A stretch of DNA of 64,000 bases from positions 45,154 through 109,153 of the forward strand of contig NW_013657633.1 of NCBI RefSeq assembly GCF_000142905.1, given 5' to 3'. The notes beneath the pieces were generated by a model. It worked only from the letters and a program-made list of their open reading frames with translations, searched no databases and was not told the origin of the DNA. The stretch comes from Thecamonas trahens ATCC 50062 (lineage: Eukaryota > Protista > Apusomonadida). A program made the position numbers and the translations under genes. Positions 1-14,800 of this stretch are shown one piece after another. Position 1 is the stretch's first letter; every line of letters begins with the position of its first letter.

Positions 1-388
1 CGGCAGCCTTCCGTCCGCTCGCGCTCGCCAGCCGCGCCGGCAGCAGGACGACCGGCGGCGAGGCCCGCTGGCTCTCGCTCGCACCCGCCTCCACCGCCTC
101 CATCCACGCCTTGTCCACCAAATCAGCCTTGGCTGCCACCACAATGCGCGGCTTGTGGGCGACTTGATTGGCCAGAATCGGATTGCGTGTCGATGCCAGC
201 GCCCGTGCGTCGCGGACCTCCACCACAGCCTGGACTTGCGAGAGCATGGCCTTCACCTCCTTGGTCGTCTTGTGCATGTGGCCTGGAAACCAGTTGATCG
301 CCCCCGCCCACTCGCTCGCAGCCCGCCCAGCTCCCTGTCTCGCCCGCACCGCTATCGCCGTCGCCATCGCCCGTCTCCCTGCCAGCAT
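1..388 (-). CDS. MTG1: Mitochondrial ribosome-associated GTPase 1 (RbgA/YlqF family), 5' part; runs off the left edge
   Basis: Not in the ORF track because no stop lies in the window. My translation from ATG 388 gives an Arg/Ala-rich presequence, then INWFPGHMHKTTKEVKAMLSQVQAVVEVRDARALASTRNP...PRIVVAAKADL, the RbgA N-terminal WFPGHM, E-x-RDAR and G4 (N/A)KADL motifs. Confidence 0.85.
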   Translation of the reverse strand, partial: MLAGRRAMATAIAVRARQGAGRAASEWAGAINWFPGHMHKTTKEVKAMLSQVQAVVEVRDARALASTRNPILANQVAHKPRIVVAAKADLVDKAWMEAVEAGASESQRASPPVVLLPARLASASGRKAA

Positions 389-575
389 CGGTGCGTCTGG
401 GAGACGAGTGTCGCGCGTCTCCCGGCCTCACGCTCGCACTCATCGCGGACAAGGTGCGCACGATGGGAAGAGTGCGGTCATTTACTACTTGTACAACATG
501 CACATGGTACCTCCTGCGCGCAAAGATCGCCATGGCGCAGCGTCGGCTGTGGCGGGCTAGAGTCACCCACATCGA

Positions 576-1406
576 TCACTGGCCGCACGGCTCGTCGGGA
601 AACCGGGTGGCGTACAGGTGCGAAAGGAGGGCAGCGACATGGTTCTGGTTGTGCCCGGCATCTGCCTTTCCCAGGCGAGCCTGCGATTGAAGGCTGACGC
701 TCGCCACGCCCGACGTGGCGTTACAGCTGAGGCCGAGGTACATGTCGTCGGGAAAGCCGACAAAGGACGAGAGGATGCGGATGTGAACAAAGCCAGAGTC
801 TGATCCGACGTTGTTTGTCAGCATCTTTGTCAGCTGCTCGTCCTTGATCCAGTCCCTCACGCCGGCCATGATGGCGGGCAGGGAGGTGCGGCGTAGCAGC
901 GGATGAGCATGCGGATGGTGGCTCATGCCAAACACGGGCTCGCCCACCACGACTCGGGCACAGTTTTCAGCCGAGGTGCCACCGCGACATGCCGAGGGGA
1001 AAGCAGACATATGTGGATTGGGCGCCGCGAGTCTGACGATGACGATGATGGTGATCCAGCCGTAGAGGAGAGTGGCGATGAGATAGAAGATGATCCTGGC
1101 CAGGAGCGGCATGATGGGCGCTGGCGAGCACTTTGACGTAAGCTGATGATACAGCATGGGATAGACAACAGCAGCACAGTAGGCAGCCCAACAGATGGCA
1201 AAGAGTGCAAGTGCAATGCCGACAGAGAAGGCCACCAGGGCAGAGAGGACCAAGGCCACCACAGCCACCACCGCAAAGAGGCCATGCGTCACAAGCCCGA
1301 CCTTCTGCTTCACACTCACCACACTTGCTGTCCGGTGCACATCAGTCTGCACAAGCCCCTCGCGGTGGACAAGCAGAGGGTCATGCATCTCTGCTGCAAG
1401 CTGCAA
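576..1406 (-). CDS. Membrane protein with C-terminal DUF1499-like domain
   Basis: Three hydrophobic helices, then FVHIRILSSFVGFPDDMYL...SQARLGKADAGHNQNHV, resembling the DUF1499 'GFxDD ... SRxGxxDxGxNxxRv' pattern. Start codon uncertain. Confidence 0.65.
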   Translation of the reverse strand: MQLAAEMHDPLLVHREGLVQTDVHRTASVVSVKQKVGLVTHGLFAVVAVVALVLSALVAFSVGIALALFAICWAAYCAAVVYPMLYHQLTSKCSPAPIMPLLARIIFYLIATLLYGWITIIVIVRLAAPNPHMSAFPSACRGGTSAENCARVVVGEPVFGMSHHPHAHPLLRRTSLPAIMAGVRDWIKDEQLTKMLTNNVGSDSGFVHIRILSSFVGFPDDMYLGLSCNATSGVASVSLQSQARLGKADAGHNQNHVAALLSHLYATRFPDEPCGQ

Positions 1407-1465
1407 GTGGGTGAGTCACGTGCCTGCCTGTCACGCTCGCCGCCGTCCTCGCTGCCGTCCTTGCC

Positions 1466-1520
<55 letters not shown>
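1466..1520. repeat. (CTG)n microsatellite
   Basis: About 17 tandem CTG units are visible. Confidence 0.95.
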
Positions 1521-1521
<1 letters not shown>

Positions 1522-1670
1522 CCGGCCAAGCCGTGTGACGCACCTTTGGCCGCAGACCGACGCGCGCCTAGTCTGTCCTATGCAGGTGGGTACCTATCTG
1601 CTGCTGATCATCCCCTGCTGCTGACCATCGCCCGCTGTTGGCGATCTCCTGCTGTTGGCGGCTGCCCCTC

Positions 1671-1702
<32 letters not shown>

Positions 1703-1768
1703 TACCCCCTCCCCTCCCCTTGCTCAAGATCAAGATCAATGTATCGCGGGCATGCTGAGACAAGCCCA

Positions 1769-3830
1769 TCAGATCCGGACAGCGCCGACGTCAAAGGCAT
1801 GGGTCGGGACGGCGGTGCATTGGACCTGGAGACAGATCTCGCCCGAGACCAGCTCGTCGATGTCGCGGCGGACGAGCTTGTACCAGGCCTTGTGCGGGCG
1901 GCCGTCGGTAAAGTCGCCGACGCGAAGCTCGACGTGGCCGAGGTAGTCGTTGCTCAGCGTGTCTTTGTCCCACACGTCAAAGCGGAGGATCTCGTGCCCA
2001 ATCTCGTAGCGAAAGGCGAGCGGGGTGTTCCACACCGGGTTGAGCGACTTGGGCACGACGGCGGTCCGGAACGACTGGTCCTCGCCGTACGAGGCGACGA
2101 CAAACGGGTCTGACGCACCGTTGCGATCCTTGGCGGCCAAATCGGAGGCGCGGAGGATGTCGACCATGATAGCCGCCCGCCGCGCACGAATCCATGCCGC
2201 GCCCTGGACTTCGTCTGGGTCGTGCCCGCTTGCCAGGCGCTCGCGCCGCCCGCGAAGCTCAAACCCGTTGAGCTCGAGCCACCGCCCGTCCATCGGCAGC
2301 TGGTCAAACGCGAGCTTGAACCGGCCCAGGAAGGTATCCGAGATCTTGTGCTGGTCCCACACGTCGCCGATGACCGCGTGCTCCGGGAACTTCTTCGAGA
2401 GCTTGCCTAGAGTAAACGTGTGCCGCTCGTTGAACGCCGGCGACGTCTGCCGCGGCGCCACCTGCGTGGTGAACCGCTCGTCGTCGTACCGCACAATAAC
2501 GTACGGATCCACCTTGGCCGAGTCAGACACGTTCTCCAGCCGGAGGACCTCGACTTCCACCTGCTCGCCGACCATGGCCTTGGCCCGCTCCGACTCGGGC
2601 AGCGCGTCGACCGTTGCGGCGAGAGTCGTCCCGTGGTTGAGCGCGTTGTCGACAGGCACCTCGCGTGAGGTGTGGGCCAGATCCTCCGGCGGCTCCAGCG
2701 ACTCGAGCCGGAGCCGCACCTCGCCGCTCACCTCTTCGTCGGCTTGGCGCGGGAGGAGCGGGATCCAGACGTCGACCGGTGGCGCGCCGTCGGGCACGTC
2801 GTACGCCGCCACCCGGATCCGGGCCTGTCCCAGAAACGTCGACGAGAGCATGCCCTTGGACCACATCTCGAGCTTGGCAAAGTGCGTTCCGAGCACAAAC
2901 GGCAACTTCCACGTCGCTTCGGCAAGCATCTGTGCGCCCTCCCACGTCGGCGAGAGCGACTTCTTCACCACAGGCGTCCGGTACTTCTTGCCGTCGTACC
3001 GCAGGAACCCGTACGGGCTCGCCGAGTTGGACGACACAGCCTTGAGCCCGCGCGCCTCCACAAGTGTCATCCGCAGCATCGACAGCGCAATCTTGATCCG
3101 CAGCTCGCCGCACGCCGGATCGTCCTTGCCCGGTCGCGAGACGAGCGGCAGCCAGATGGCCCCGGTCGACACCGCATCGTCGTCGAGCTGCGAGAGGTTG
3201 TACTCGACAATGCCCAGCGTCGAGTTGCCCAGCGTCTTGTCCGCAATCACCTCAAAGGTAAAAACATCGTCCTTGTCGTCGTCCTTCAGCTGGAACGCCG
3301 CGTGGTAGTCAAACCGCGGCTCGCGCGACTTGTTCGCCGTCTCGGTCGTCTCCTTCTTGCCGCGGTACTTGATCTTGACAAACAGCGACCGTTCCTTCTC
3401 TCCGTCCATCACTCTGCGCGCTTCGTACACATGCACTACCACCCGTCCCGTCAGCTTGCGCTGTGACAACCATGGTCATCCGCCATCATTCACATTGCCG
3501 GTCATGACATCGCGTGACAATGGTCGCAAACGCAAGCCACCGCCACCGCCACCGCCACCGCCCGCCGCCGTTCCGGAACCGACACCCAGCCACATGTACC
3601 GCCCGCCACGACGTACAACATCATTCCCACACCTGTAAGTCAGCACCTACTTGCAAGCATCTATCTTCTACCTCCATGCCAACTCTCACTTTCCACACCT
3701 GTCTCATTCGTACGGTAGCGCCATCGGCAGCGTCGCTGTCCGAGTCGTGGTCGGGGTCGGTGGTGGCATGCTCGGCCGCGAGGCCATTCGCACCTGCCGC
3801 AGAGGCCGTCTCCTCGTGGGTGGCAGCCAT
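1769..3830 (-). CDS. Multi-C2-domain protein (four C2 domains)
   Basis: Main exon 3460-1769 has four C2 repeats (e.g. RASDLAAKDRNGASDPFV...VVPKSLNPVWN...VWDKDTLSNDYLG). A probable first exon 3830-3714 (MAATHEE...DGAT) joins in frame through a GTACGA...CAG intron at 3713-3461; exon 1 is inferred. Confidence 0.8.
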
Positions 3831-4685
3831 AGCAGGAAAGAGAGGGGGAGGGGGGGGGGGTGGATATACGCTGGGGTAGTGCGAGGGGAGAGGGGGGTCG
3901 GTGGTCGTCGCAGCCGGAGAGAGGTGGCCGTCAGCATCAGCATCATCACTAGCATAAGAGGCCGATGTGGTGCCTGCTGCTGTTCGTTTGTTTCAGCAAT
4001 CATGTGGCAGCCGAGGCGAGAGAGCGTCCAAGGCAAATATATTTTTGTGGTTCAAGGTGGTTGGGATGGAAGCGCAAGCAGATGCTGCTCTGTGCTTCCG
4101 CAATGACGTAGTGAGACACACCATGATACCCGGTTCAAGTATTTGTTGTGCTCTATGAGCTTCTTTTCGTTGCGCACTCTGATGTCGCCATCGATCGACA
4201 GGTAGCCCAACGCTGCAGGAGCCACTTTTTCTCACCGCTTCATTCTGGAACAGTTGCTCGAACGCCGGCTCACTCAGGCCACGCAAGCAATGATCGACAA
4301 GCCAGTTGATAACAAGCACAAATAGAGGATGGCTACAATTGCTGCTTGCATAAACCTCTCCCATCGACAGCAACATCATCCCGCAGAACACTGCTCCATC
4401 AGTGCGAAAAATAGGAAGACACTATTCGTGGGAACCACCTGCTAGCCAACCCGCACACATCCGTTGATTTGGATCGTGGGGGGGGAGGGGGGTCTGTGAC
4501 GTGTGTATGTATATGGGGTGCAGGAGGGGCATGTACGTGTGTGTGTGTGTGTGTGTGTGTTTGTGTGTGTGCATGTGAGCAATGTGAGTGTGCTACGGTT
4601 TGGGAGCCACACGAGATAAAGATCTCCCAGATCACACACTCTCGCACCGACGCACCACACACGAGAAAGAGGCTTGAGTTTACGA

Positions 4686-5779
4686 TTACTTGCAGCCACA
4701 GAAGAGGCAGTTACCAGGGCGAACATCAGTCTCGCGAACGCCAAAAATCTCGCGGAACATGATGACAAACATGACGGCGCCGATGGGGAAGGTGATGAGG
4801 ACGCCGATGCCAAGGAAAAAGAGGCCGGAGAAAGCGACGGAGAAGCAGGCCATGAGGCCGGTGAGGACGGGCATGAACTGGCGGCGAGTCTGCATGATGG
4901 AGCAGCGGAGAGCCGATATGACGCCAAAGCCGCAGTTTGATGAGAGCTCGGACGGCTCGTTGGCGGCGCGGGCGGCGGCGCGGGTGAGCGGAGCGGCGCC
5001 CTCGCGGCCGTCGCGGTAGTGCTCCATGAGAATGAGCGGGGCAAAGACAACAAAGGCAAGGAGCGAAAAGAAGACCAGAGTGCAGAGCGAGAAGATGGCA
5101 AAGTCCCAGAACCAAGAGAGCGAGGTCTCCTCCAGCAGGTAGATGGTGGGCGAAAAGGTGATGAGGGCGACGCCGAACAGGCCTGCGGTGATGGCAAGGA
5201 GCGGGAAGAAGTAGGACCAAGCGGTAAAGACGTCGCCGAAGCGAGTCTCTCGGATGGCGAGCTCGCCGTCACGGATCGAGTTGAGGATCATGACCATGAA
5301 ACCGTTGGTCATGTACCAGAAGACGAATGCGCCAAAGACGCGCGAGATGGCAACGACAAAGAGGAGGACAACGAGCACGCCGGTGAGGTTGAGCCAGTTG
5401 GCACGATACACCTCCCACGCGATATGGAGCCACTTGCGGAGATCGAGCTCGTACTCCCTCGCCGAGATGTACTCGATGTACGGCACGCCTGTCGGCACGT
5501 ACTGCGCCACCGAGACCGCCGCCGGCACCCGCATGGCCATCTCCTCATCCTGGCGGGCGGCACCAACAGACCGACCTCCGCTTGAATACCCGGCGGCGCG
5601 TCATCATCGCCTCCAGCACCTCCAGCTCCATCACCTCCTTCCACCACATTGTGGCCATCATCATCACCGTCGTCGTCGCCGCTCTCGTCGAGGGCAGCCG
5701 ACTCGGGCTCGGTGCCAATGCCGAGCTCAATGTCCTCGGCCGTGGGTTCGTGCGGCTCTGCGGAGAGCGGTTGGTACAT
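4686..5779 (-). CDS. Multi-pass membrane protein of unknown function
   Basis: ORF 4686-5540 has about six hydrophobic helices. The acidic N-terminal ORF from ATG 5779 joins it if one G is added to the GGG run at ~5590. Confidence 0.65.
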
Positions 5780-6182
5780 AGAGAGGAAGGGGGGGGGGGG
5801 GGAGAGGGGTGGCTGTGTGTATACGGGTGGTGGCTGGCTGTGGCCTGGTCAGGCTGTTGCGGAATGCGGTCGTGGTCGTCGGCAAGAGGTCGGAATGGGA
5901 CACTCGGCGGCTTTGATCCGCCTATGATCTTGCTCGGCAAGCTGAACAAGAAGGAGCGCCGCAAGCGAGCGATGGAGCTGCGGAGGTATGTCAGCATCGG
6001 CGATCGCATCCCCCATCTGCCGCCCCGAGCTGTCCGGGGTTAGCCGCAGCGCGTGGCCATTGCCCGCGCTCTTGGCAACCGGCCGGAGCTGGACGGATGC
6101 TCGCCAGCAAGACAAGGCATGGCCGGCGGACACGGTTCATCGGATGTGTTACCAGGAAACAGAAGCCTTCATACAAGGGCGG

Positions 6183-8140
<1,958 letters not shown>

Positions 8141-8333
8141 GGGTAGCAGAAGCAGGAGAGTACGAGCTGAAGGGGGGGTGCACCACAAGGGAAGTAGGGA
8201 TGTCTTTCGGTTGCTACTCTGGAGATAGCTGGAGGTACTATCCTCTTTGTCTTCTCCTGCTGTCCGCTGCCGCGCCTCCCTCGCCCTCCCTGCCTGCCCG
8301 GTCACCTCATTCCAAGTACTGTTTCCGCCCACC

Positions 8334-8757
8334 AACGATAACTGGCACAACAACCAACGATTAATCCCCCCAACCTCACCCAGCGATAACTGGCACAACA
8401 ACCAACGATTAATTCCCCCAACCCCACTCAACGATAACTGGCACAACAACCAACGATTAATCCCCAACCCCACTCAACGATAACTGGCGACAACAACCAA
8501 CGATTAATTCCCCCAACCCCACTCAACGATAACTGGCACAACAACCAACGATTAATCCCCCCCAACCCCACTCAACGATAACTGGCACAACAACCAACGA
8601 TTAATCCCCCAACCCCACTCAACGATAACTGGCACAACAACCAACGATTAATTCCCCAACCCCACTCAACGATAACTGGCACAACAACCAACGATTAATT
8701 CCCCCAACCCCACTCAACGATAACTGGCACAACAACCAACGATTAATTCCCCCAACC
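8334..8757. repeat. Tandem minisatellite, 9 copies of a 46-49-bp unit
   Basis: Unit AACGATAACTGGCACAACAACCAACGATTAAT(T)CCCCCAACCCCACTC starts at 8334, 8382, 8430, 8476, 8525, 8574, 8621, 8668 and 8716. There are no unique spacers. Confidence 0.97.
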
Positions 8758-8851
8758 ATCGTCCGTTGCTGCTCGCGCTCGCGCCAACACCAGCCACTCC
8801 ACGCCACGCTCCACCCCCTCCACCCCCTCCACCCCCTCCACCCCTTCCACT

Positions 8852-11800
8852 ATGGCCGCACCCTTTGACATAGACCCCCAACTCCTAGTACGCACCCCCT
8901 CCCTCCCCTCCCCTCCCTCCCCTCCCCTCCCTACCCCCGCCCACCCCACTAACCTCGCCTCCGCCCAGGCCGGCCGCAAGGGCCACTCGCGCGCCTTGTA
9001 CGCCATGGAGCTGCGGGCGTTCCGGAGACTGGAGGAGAACACCCAGCGGATCTCAGAGGCTATCGACGAAGCCGAACCCGACGGTGCTCCCAACTCTTCG
9101 AGTCACGGCGCTGGAGAGCCCCTCGTTCATCATGATGGCGCTCTGGTTCGGCGGGCCAAGGCCCAGCGCCGGGCTCGCCGCAAGCCGCAAACACTGGCCA
9201 TCAAGATGCCTACCATCCTCGCGCACCCGCCGGCCCGCCCGCCGCTCTCGTCAGCGCTCAAGCAGAAGCTTGCTGACCACGATCTCGACAAGCACTCGCC
9301 CGACAGGCGCGCCGCCCGTTCCTCCGGCCTTCGCTACCACTACCCGCCGGCTCTGCCCGAGGTCCTTGGCCAGCGCACCCTTCCCACCATCGCGTCTGAC
9401 GCCAAGGCTGCGCCGCCGGCCCGCATTCTCGGCATACCTTCCGCTCGAGCTTTTTGACGACCGGACCTTTGAGCTCTACACACCCGACGAGTGGCTCGCC
9501 CGCGGTGGCCCGGCTGGCCCGCCCACTGCCCCGCACGCCTTCTCGCCCTTCCTCAACGCCGCCGGCGAGTACGAGTGGCACCCGTGTGACGTTGTTGACT
9601 ATGACCCCGTCTCCAACACCTTTACCATCGAGTTCAAGCCGTCGCGGGTGACCAAGCGCGTCAAGCGCCTCAACCTGCTGTTTGCCGACGAGCCCGACGC
9701 AAACTTTCGCCACCGCCTCCTCGCCGCCCGCGCCGCCCGCCGCTCCGCCGAGGCTACCATGCGCTACCACCTTGTCGCCAATCGGCTCCCCGACGAGATC
9801 CTGCCGCCGTCCGCAGACACCATCGCCGCCATGCTCCGCCGCGCCGCGCCGGCCTTTCCACTCTCGGCCATGTCCACGCTCGAGGCTCTCCTTGACGACA
9901 TCGTCGCCCACTACATCTCCACCATGCGCCGCGCCATCTTTGGCTACACCCTCAAGTCATCTTCCGAGCTGCGGGACCGACTCGCCCCGCTCGGCCTCCC
10001 GCCGCTGCCAGACCCGCCGCCGCCGCCGCTCTACGGTACCGTCCCCTGCCCGCCCTTTGACTTGCCGGCCGCCGTCAACTGGGCCTCCGCACAGCTGTTC
10101 TTCCACCCACGCATCAACTACGTCCTCCAGACCCTCTTCACCTTTGCCCAGAACATGGACTCACTCTGCCTTGTCGACCTCAATCTTCCGCGTGCAGCCC
10201 TCCCGCTCGCCATTGGCGACTTTGAGGACTTCCAAGCCCGCCACGCCGACCGCGTTGCCATCGTCCTAGACGACTGGGCAAAGAAAATCGTGCTCCTTTG
10301 CACCACCGTCCTTGAAGACGAGGCCGACAAGACCTTTGACTTTCACGTCGCCGCCCTCGCCGACCTCGACCCGCACGCCGCACGCTTCATCCTCCTCCTT
10401 CGCCTCATCATGCGCGAGCACCTTATCGTCGCCGTCAACACCACAGCCGCACGCTACGCCGCCTTCTTCGCTGCCTACGACGAGCCCGAGCTCTCTACAC
10501 TCACGTCGACTTTCCTCACTCAGATCGCCGACTCGGGCTATGACGGCGATGCCGGGAACGGCCTCACAGGCGGCGACGGCGACGATGAACACGATGTTGA
10601 CGACGGCAACGCCGGCGACGACCAAAGCGCCGAATCTCGCCTCCCGCGCCCACCCGGTCACCCGGCGCCTTCCCGTCCATCCGCCCGCGCCCGTGTCCGC
10701 GCTCGCGCTCGTGACCGTGCCCGCTCTCGCCCGCGCTCCTTCCACGACTACATCCATGCCATCTCGAGCCACACCCCACTTTTCCTTGTCTCGCTCATGG
10801 CCACGCCCAACTCGGCATCGGCAGCCGTCGCCGCTGTTCCTCTGCAGACGGCGACACAGGCAGACGGGACAGAATCTGACGGAGATACGGTAGACTCGGA
10901 CGCCGAGTCGGTTTCGGGCACAGGCTCGGCCTCTCCGGAGCCACACAACGCGGCAGACTCCTCGGATGTCACCTTTACCATCCCACAGCTCCTCTCGCCG
11001 GCCCCCAAGCACGAGACGCCGTTGGAGGCACTCATCCGGTTCTCGCCGCCGCTCACCGAGCTCTCGGCCCGGGTCGCCACCACCTTTGACACCTCGCTCT
11101 CGCTCATCGATCGTGTCACCGCTGTCGAATACTCGCTACTCCCGCGGGCCTCGCTCTCACTCCCCCATCCGCCGCCGCCAGTCTTCCCGGTCGACCGCTA
11201 CGACTCGGTCCTCCTCGAGGCGACCCGCTCGGTGGCGTCGACGTTCAACTCGGGCCTCTGGGGCCCGCGCCGCCTTGCCCGCCTCTTTGCGCCCTACGCC
11301 TACATCCTCGCCCTCACCCCGCAGTCGCTGGCCGCCACCCTCACGTCGGCCTCGCCGCCGCCGGCGCTCGCCGACCTCAAAGCCCTAATCGTCAAGTTCC
11401 GTGCCGCAGCCGCAAACGTCGCTTCCACCACGCCAGACGCCGTCACCTTTAAGCTCCTCCGCGTCGACACGACCCACCTCAAGTCGACCATTGCTGCCCG
11501 CGCCGCCAAGCTTGCTCGCGCCGTCCTCGCCTTTATTCTTCACGGCGCCCGTCGCAACATGGTCTCTCTCTGTGCAGAGTTTGAAGCCATCCACGCCCGC
11601 ATCCAGGCACCGGCCGCATCGCCGGAAGAGTGGGCCCAGATGCAGGTCTACTGCAAGGCCTGCGACACTGCGCTAACTCAGCACGCCGCCGCCATCGAAG
11701 ACCTCAAGGCGTCAATGGACACCCTCTACACCTTTTCCTACCCGGTCTCTGCAACCGTCCAGTCCTCGTTTGTCACCACCCTCATGTGGCCGCGCGAAGT

Positions 11801-14800
11801 TCGCCTTGCCCTCGTCGACCGTGAAGTTCTCCTCCACGACGAGCGCAACACGCTCCTCGCCACCGTCGCCGCCCAGGCCGCCGCCCTCAACGCCACCATC
11901 ACCTCCCTCGCCAAGGACATTTCCGCCCTCGAGGACCTTGATGACATCTCGGCTGCCGCCGCCAACGCCGCCACCGTTACCGCCCTCCACCAGGCCATCG
12001 CCGCCGCCCGTGCCGATCGTACTCTCCTCAACTCACGCCAGGCCCTCTTTGAGCTCCCGGTCCTCGACTTTCCGGTCCTCGACGCCCTTGCAGACTCGCT
12101 CGAGCCACACTACGCGCTCTGGCCCATCGCCGCTCAGTTTGCCGTCGACGCCGAGTCGTGGCTCGAGGGCTCGTTCATCAAGCTCGACGCTGCAGCCATC
12201 ACTTCGCGTGTCGAGTCGTGGTCGCTCGCCGTCAACCAGCTCTACCACCACAAGTTTGGCTCGTCGCCCGGCCCGGCCGCCGTCGCTCGTGCCCTCAAGC
12301 TCGCCCTTGACGACTTCCGCTCACATCTCTCGCTCGTCAACGCGCTCCATGCCTACATTGCCCCGTCTGACCGGTACTGGGAGCTCATCAATGAGCGCCT
12401 CGCAGGAGCAGAGACACCGCTTCCGCCGCTCGCCCCCACCCTCAATCTCACCCTCAAGTCGCTCCTCGACGCAGACTACAAGACCGCGCTGCCAGACATC
12501 CTCGCTGTCGCCGAGCTTGCAGGCTACGAGCGCAAGCTCCAGCGCGACCTCGACCGCATGCAGGCTGCGCTCAACAAGCTCACCTTTGACATTTCTGAGC
12601 ACGCCTCGACCCGCGCCCCGGTCCTCCGCAACTCCGAGGCTATCGCCGAGCTGCTGGAGGACCAGCTCATCAAGACGCAGACCATGCGCTCGTCGCCGTT
12701 TATGCACGATGCGCTGGAGCGCTCGCTCACCGCCTGGGAGGCCGCCCTCAACACCACCCAGGAGTTTCTCGACGTTTGCATGACCGTCCAGCGCTCGTGG
12801 CTCTACCTCGAGCCCATCTTTGGCTCCAAGGACATCTTCGCACAGATGCCTGCAGAGGGCAAGGCCTTTGCCAAGGTCGACTCTATGTTCCGCGCGGCCA
12901 TGAAGCGCATGGCAAACTCGCCCGAGGTCGGCAACCTCCGCTCGCGCACCTTTCAGCTCCGCGACTTTCATGCGGCAAACCTTATTCTTGACGACATCCT
13001 CTCCAAGCTCAAAAAGTACCTCGACGCCAAGTGCGCTCTCTTCCCGCGCTTCTTCTTCCTCTCTTCTGAGGAGCTGCTCGAAATCCTCTCGCACACCCGC
13101 GATCCCGACGCCGTCCAGCCGCACCTCAAAAAGTGCTTCGAGAACATCGAGTCGCTCACCGCCGCCCCGCGCCCGCGCCCCGCGCTCGTCCCAGCCTCGG
13201 CCACCGAGCTCTCACCGCCGCCTTCGCCATCGTCCCCGTCGTCGCCTGCCTTGCCCCCCTTCGCCGCCCCACCATTCACCCACATGGTGAGCTCCGAAGG
13301 CGAGTCGGTCCCGCTCCTCCCGCCGGTCGTCCCGTCGACATCGGTCGAGTCATGGCTCTCCGACCTCGAGACTGCCATGCGAGCCGCCGTCAAGTCGCAG
13401 CTCGCCCTCTCACTCGCTGCCTCGCCATCGCCGCGCACTGAGCGCGCCGCCTGGCTCCCCCACTGGCCCGGCCAGATCGTCCTCGCCGTCGCCAACATCA
13501 TCTTCACCGAGGCCGTCGAGTCGGCGCTCGCCGTCCTGCCTACCCAGCGCGACGCACTCGCGCCGGTCATTGCCGCCGCCGCCGCCAAGCTCACGGAACT
13601 CATCGACCTCGTCCGGAGCGCCGAGCTCTCGCCTTCGCTCGCCATAACGCTCCAGGCCCTCGTCACACTTGACGTCCACCACCGTGACGTTCTCGCCGCC
13701 CTCGACACCGCAGACTCGCCTTCGTTTGTGTGGGATACCACCCTCAAGTCTTATTACAACTACGATGCTTCCGAGCTCACCATCTCTATTCTCGCCGCAT
13801 CGCGGAGCTACGGATACGAGTACCTCGGCAACACTTCGCGGCTGGTCATCACCAACCTCACCTCGCGGTGCTACGCCACGCTCATGATGGCGCTGCACTT
13901 TAACCTCGGCGGCGCGCCGCAGGGCCCGGCAGGGACCGGTAAGACCGAGACGTGCAAGGACCTCGCCAAGGCGCTCGCCAAGCAGTGCGTCGTCTTCAAC
14001 TGCTCTGAGGGCCTCAACTACAAGGCCATGGGCAAGTTCTTCAAGGGCCTCGCCTGGGCCGGCGCCTGGGCTTGCTTTGACGAGTTTAACCGCATCGAGC
14101 TCTCGGTCCTCTCGGTCATTGCCTCGCAGATCCTCACCATCCAGCACGCCATCCTCCTCAAGCGATCGCACTTTTCGTTCGAGGGCGACTACATTGCGCT
14201 CGACCCGTCGTGCGCCATCTTCACCACCATGAACCCGGGCTACGCTGGCCGCACCCATCTGCCGGACAACCTCAAGGCGCTCTTCCGCCCGGTCGCCATG
14301 ATGACGCCCGACTACGCCGCCATTGCCGAGATCATTCTCGTCTCCTTTGGATTTGCTGACTCGCACACGCTCGCCGCAAAGGTCACTGCCACCTTCCGCC
14401 TTGCCTCGGAGCAGCTCTCGTCTCAGCACCACTACGACTTTGGCCTCCGTGCTGTCAAGGCCGTCCTTGTCGCCGCCGGCGCGCTCCACGCCGCTGCCCG
14501 CACTGCAGGCCCACCGTCGGCCTCGGTCGAAGCCGCTATCGCCCTGCAGGCGCTGCTCGACTCGAACATGCCCAAGTTTACCTCGGACGACGCCCTCTTG
14601 TTCCGCGGCATCGTCTCCGACCTCTTCCCGGGCCTGGCCTCGGCAACAGCGTCAAGCAAGGCCCCGGGCTCGGCTCTCGCGCGCGCCCTCCGCGCCACCA
14701 TGGCTGCCGCCCATCTTGCGCCATCGTCGTTCATCGTCTCCAAGGCGCTGCAGCTCCATGAGACCACCGCGCTTCGCCATGGCATCATGCTTGTGGGCGC

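Noticed and set aside
2025-3308. Long antisense ORFs (also 6734-7798, 28830-30628, 51622-53205, 54516-55805, 58203-59450)
   Set aside because: Shadow ORFs are expected at high GC opposite recognisable genes and carry no independent motifs.
8334-8757. CRISPR array
   Set aside because: The units are contiguous with no unique spacers, there are no cas genes, and the context is eukaryotic.
9084-9420. ORF-track N-terminus of the 4487-aa dynein
   Set aside because: Wrong frame. The plausible N-terminus starts at ATG 8852 with an intron and joins near 9421.
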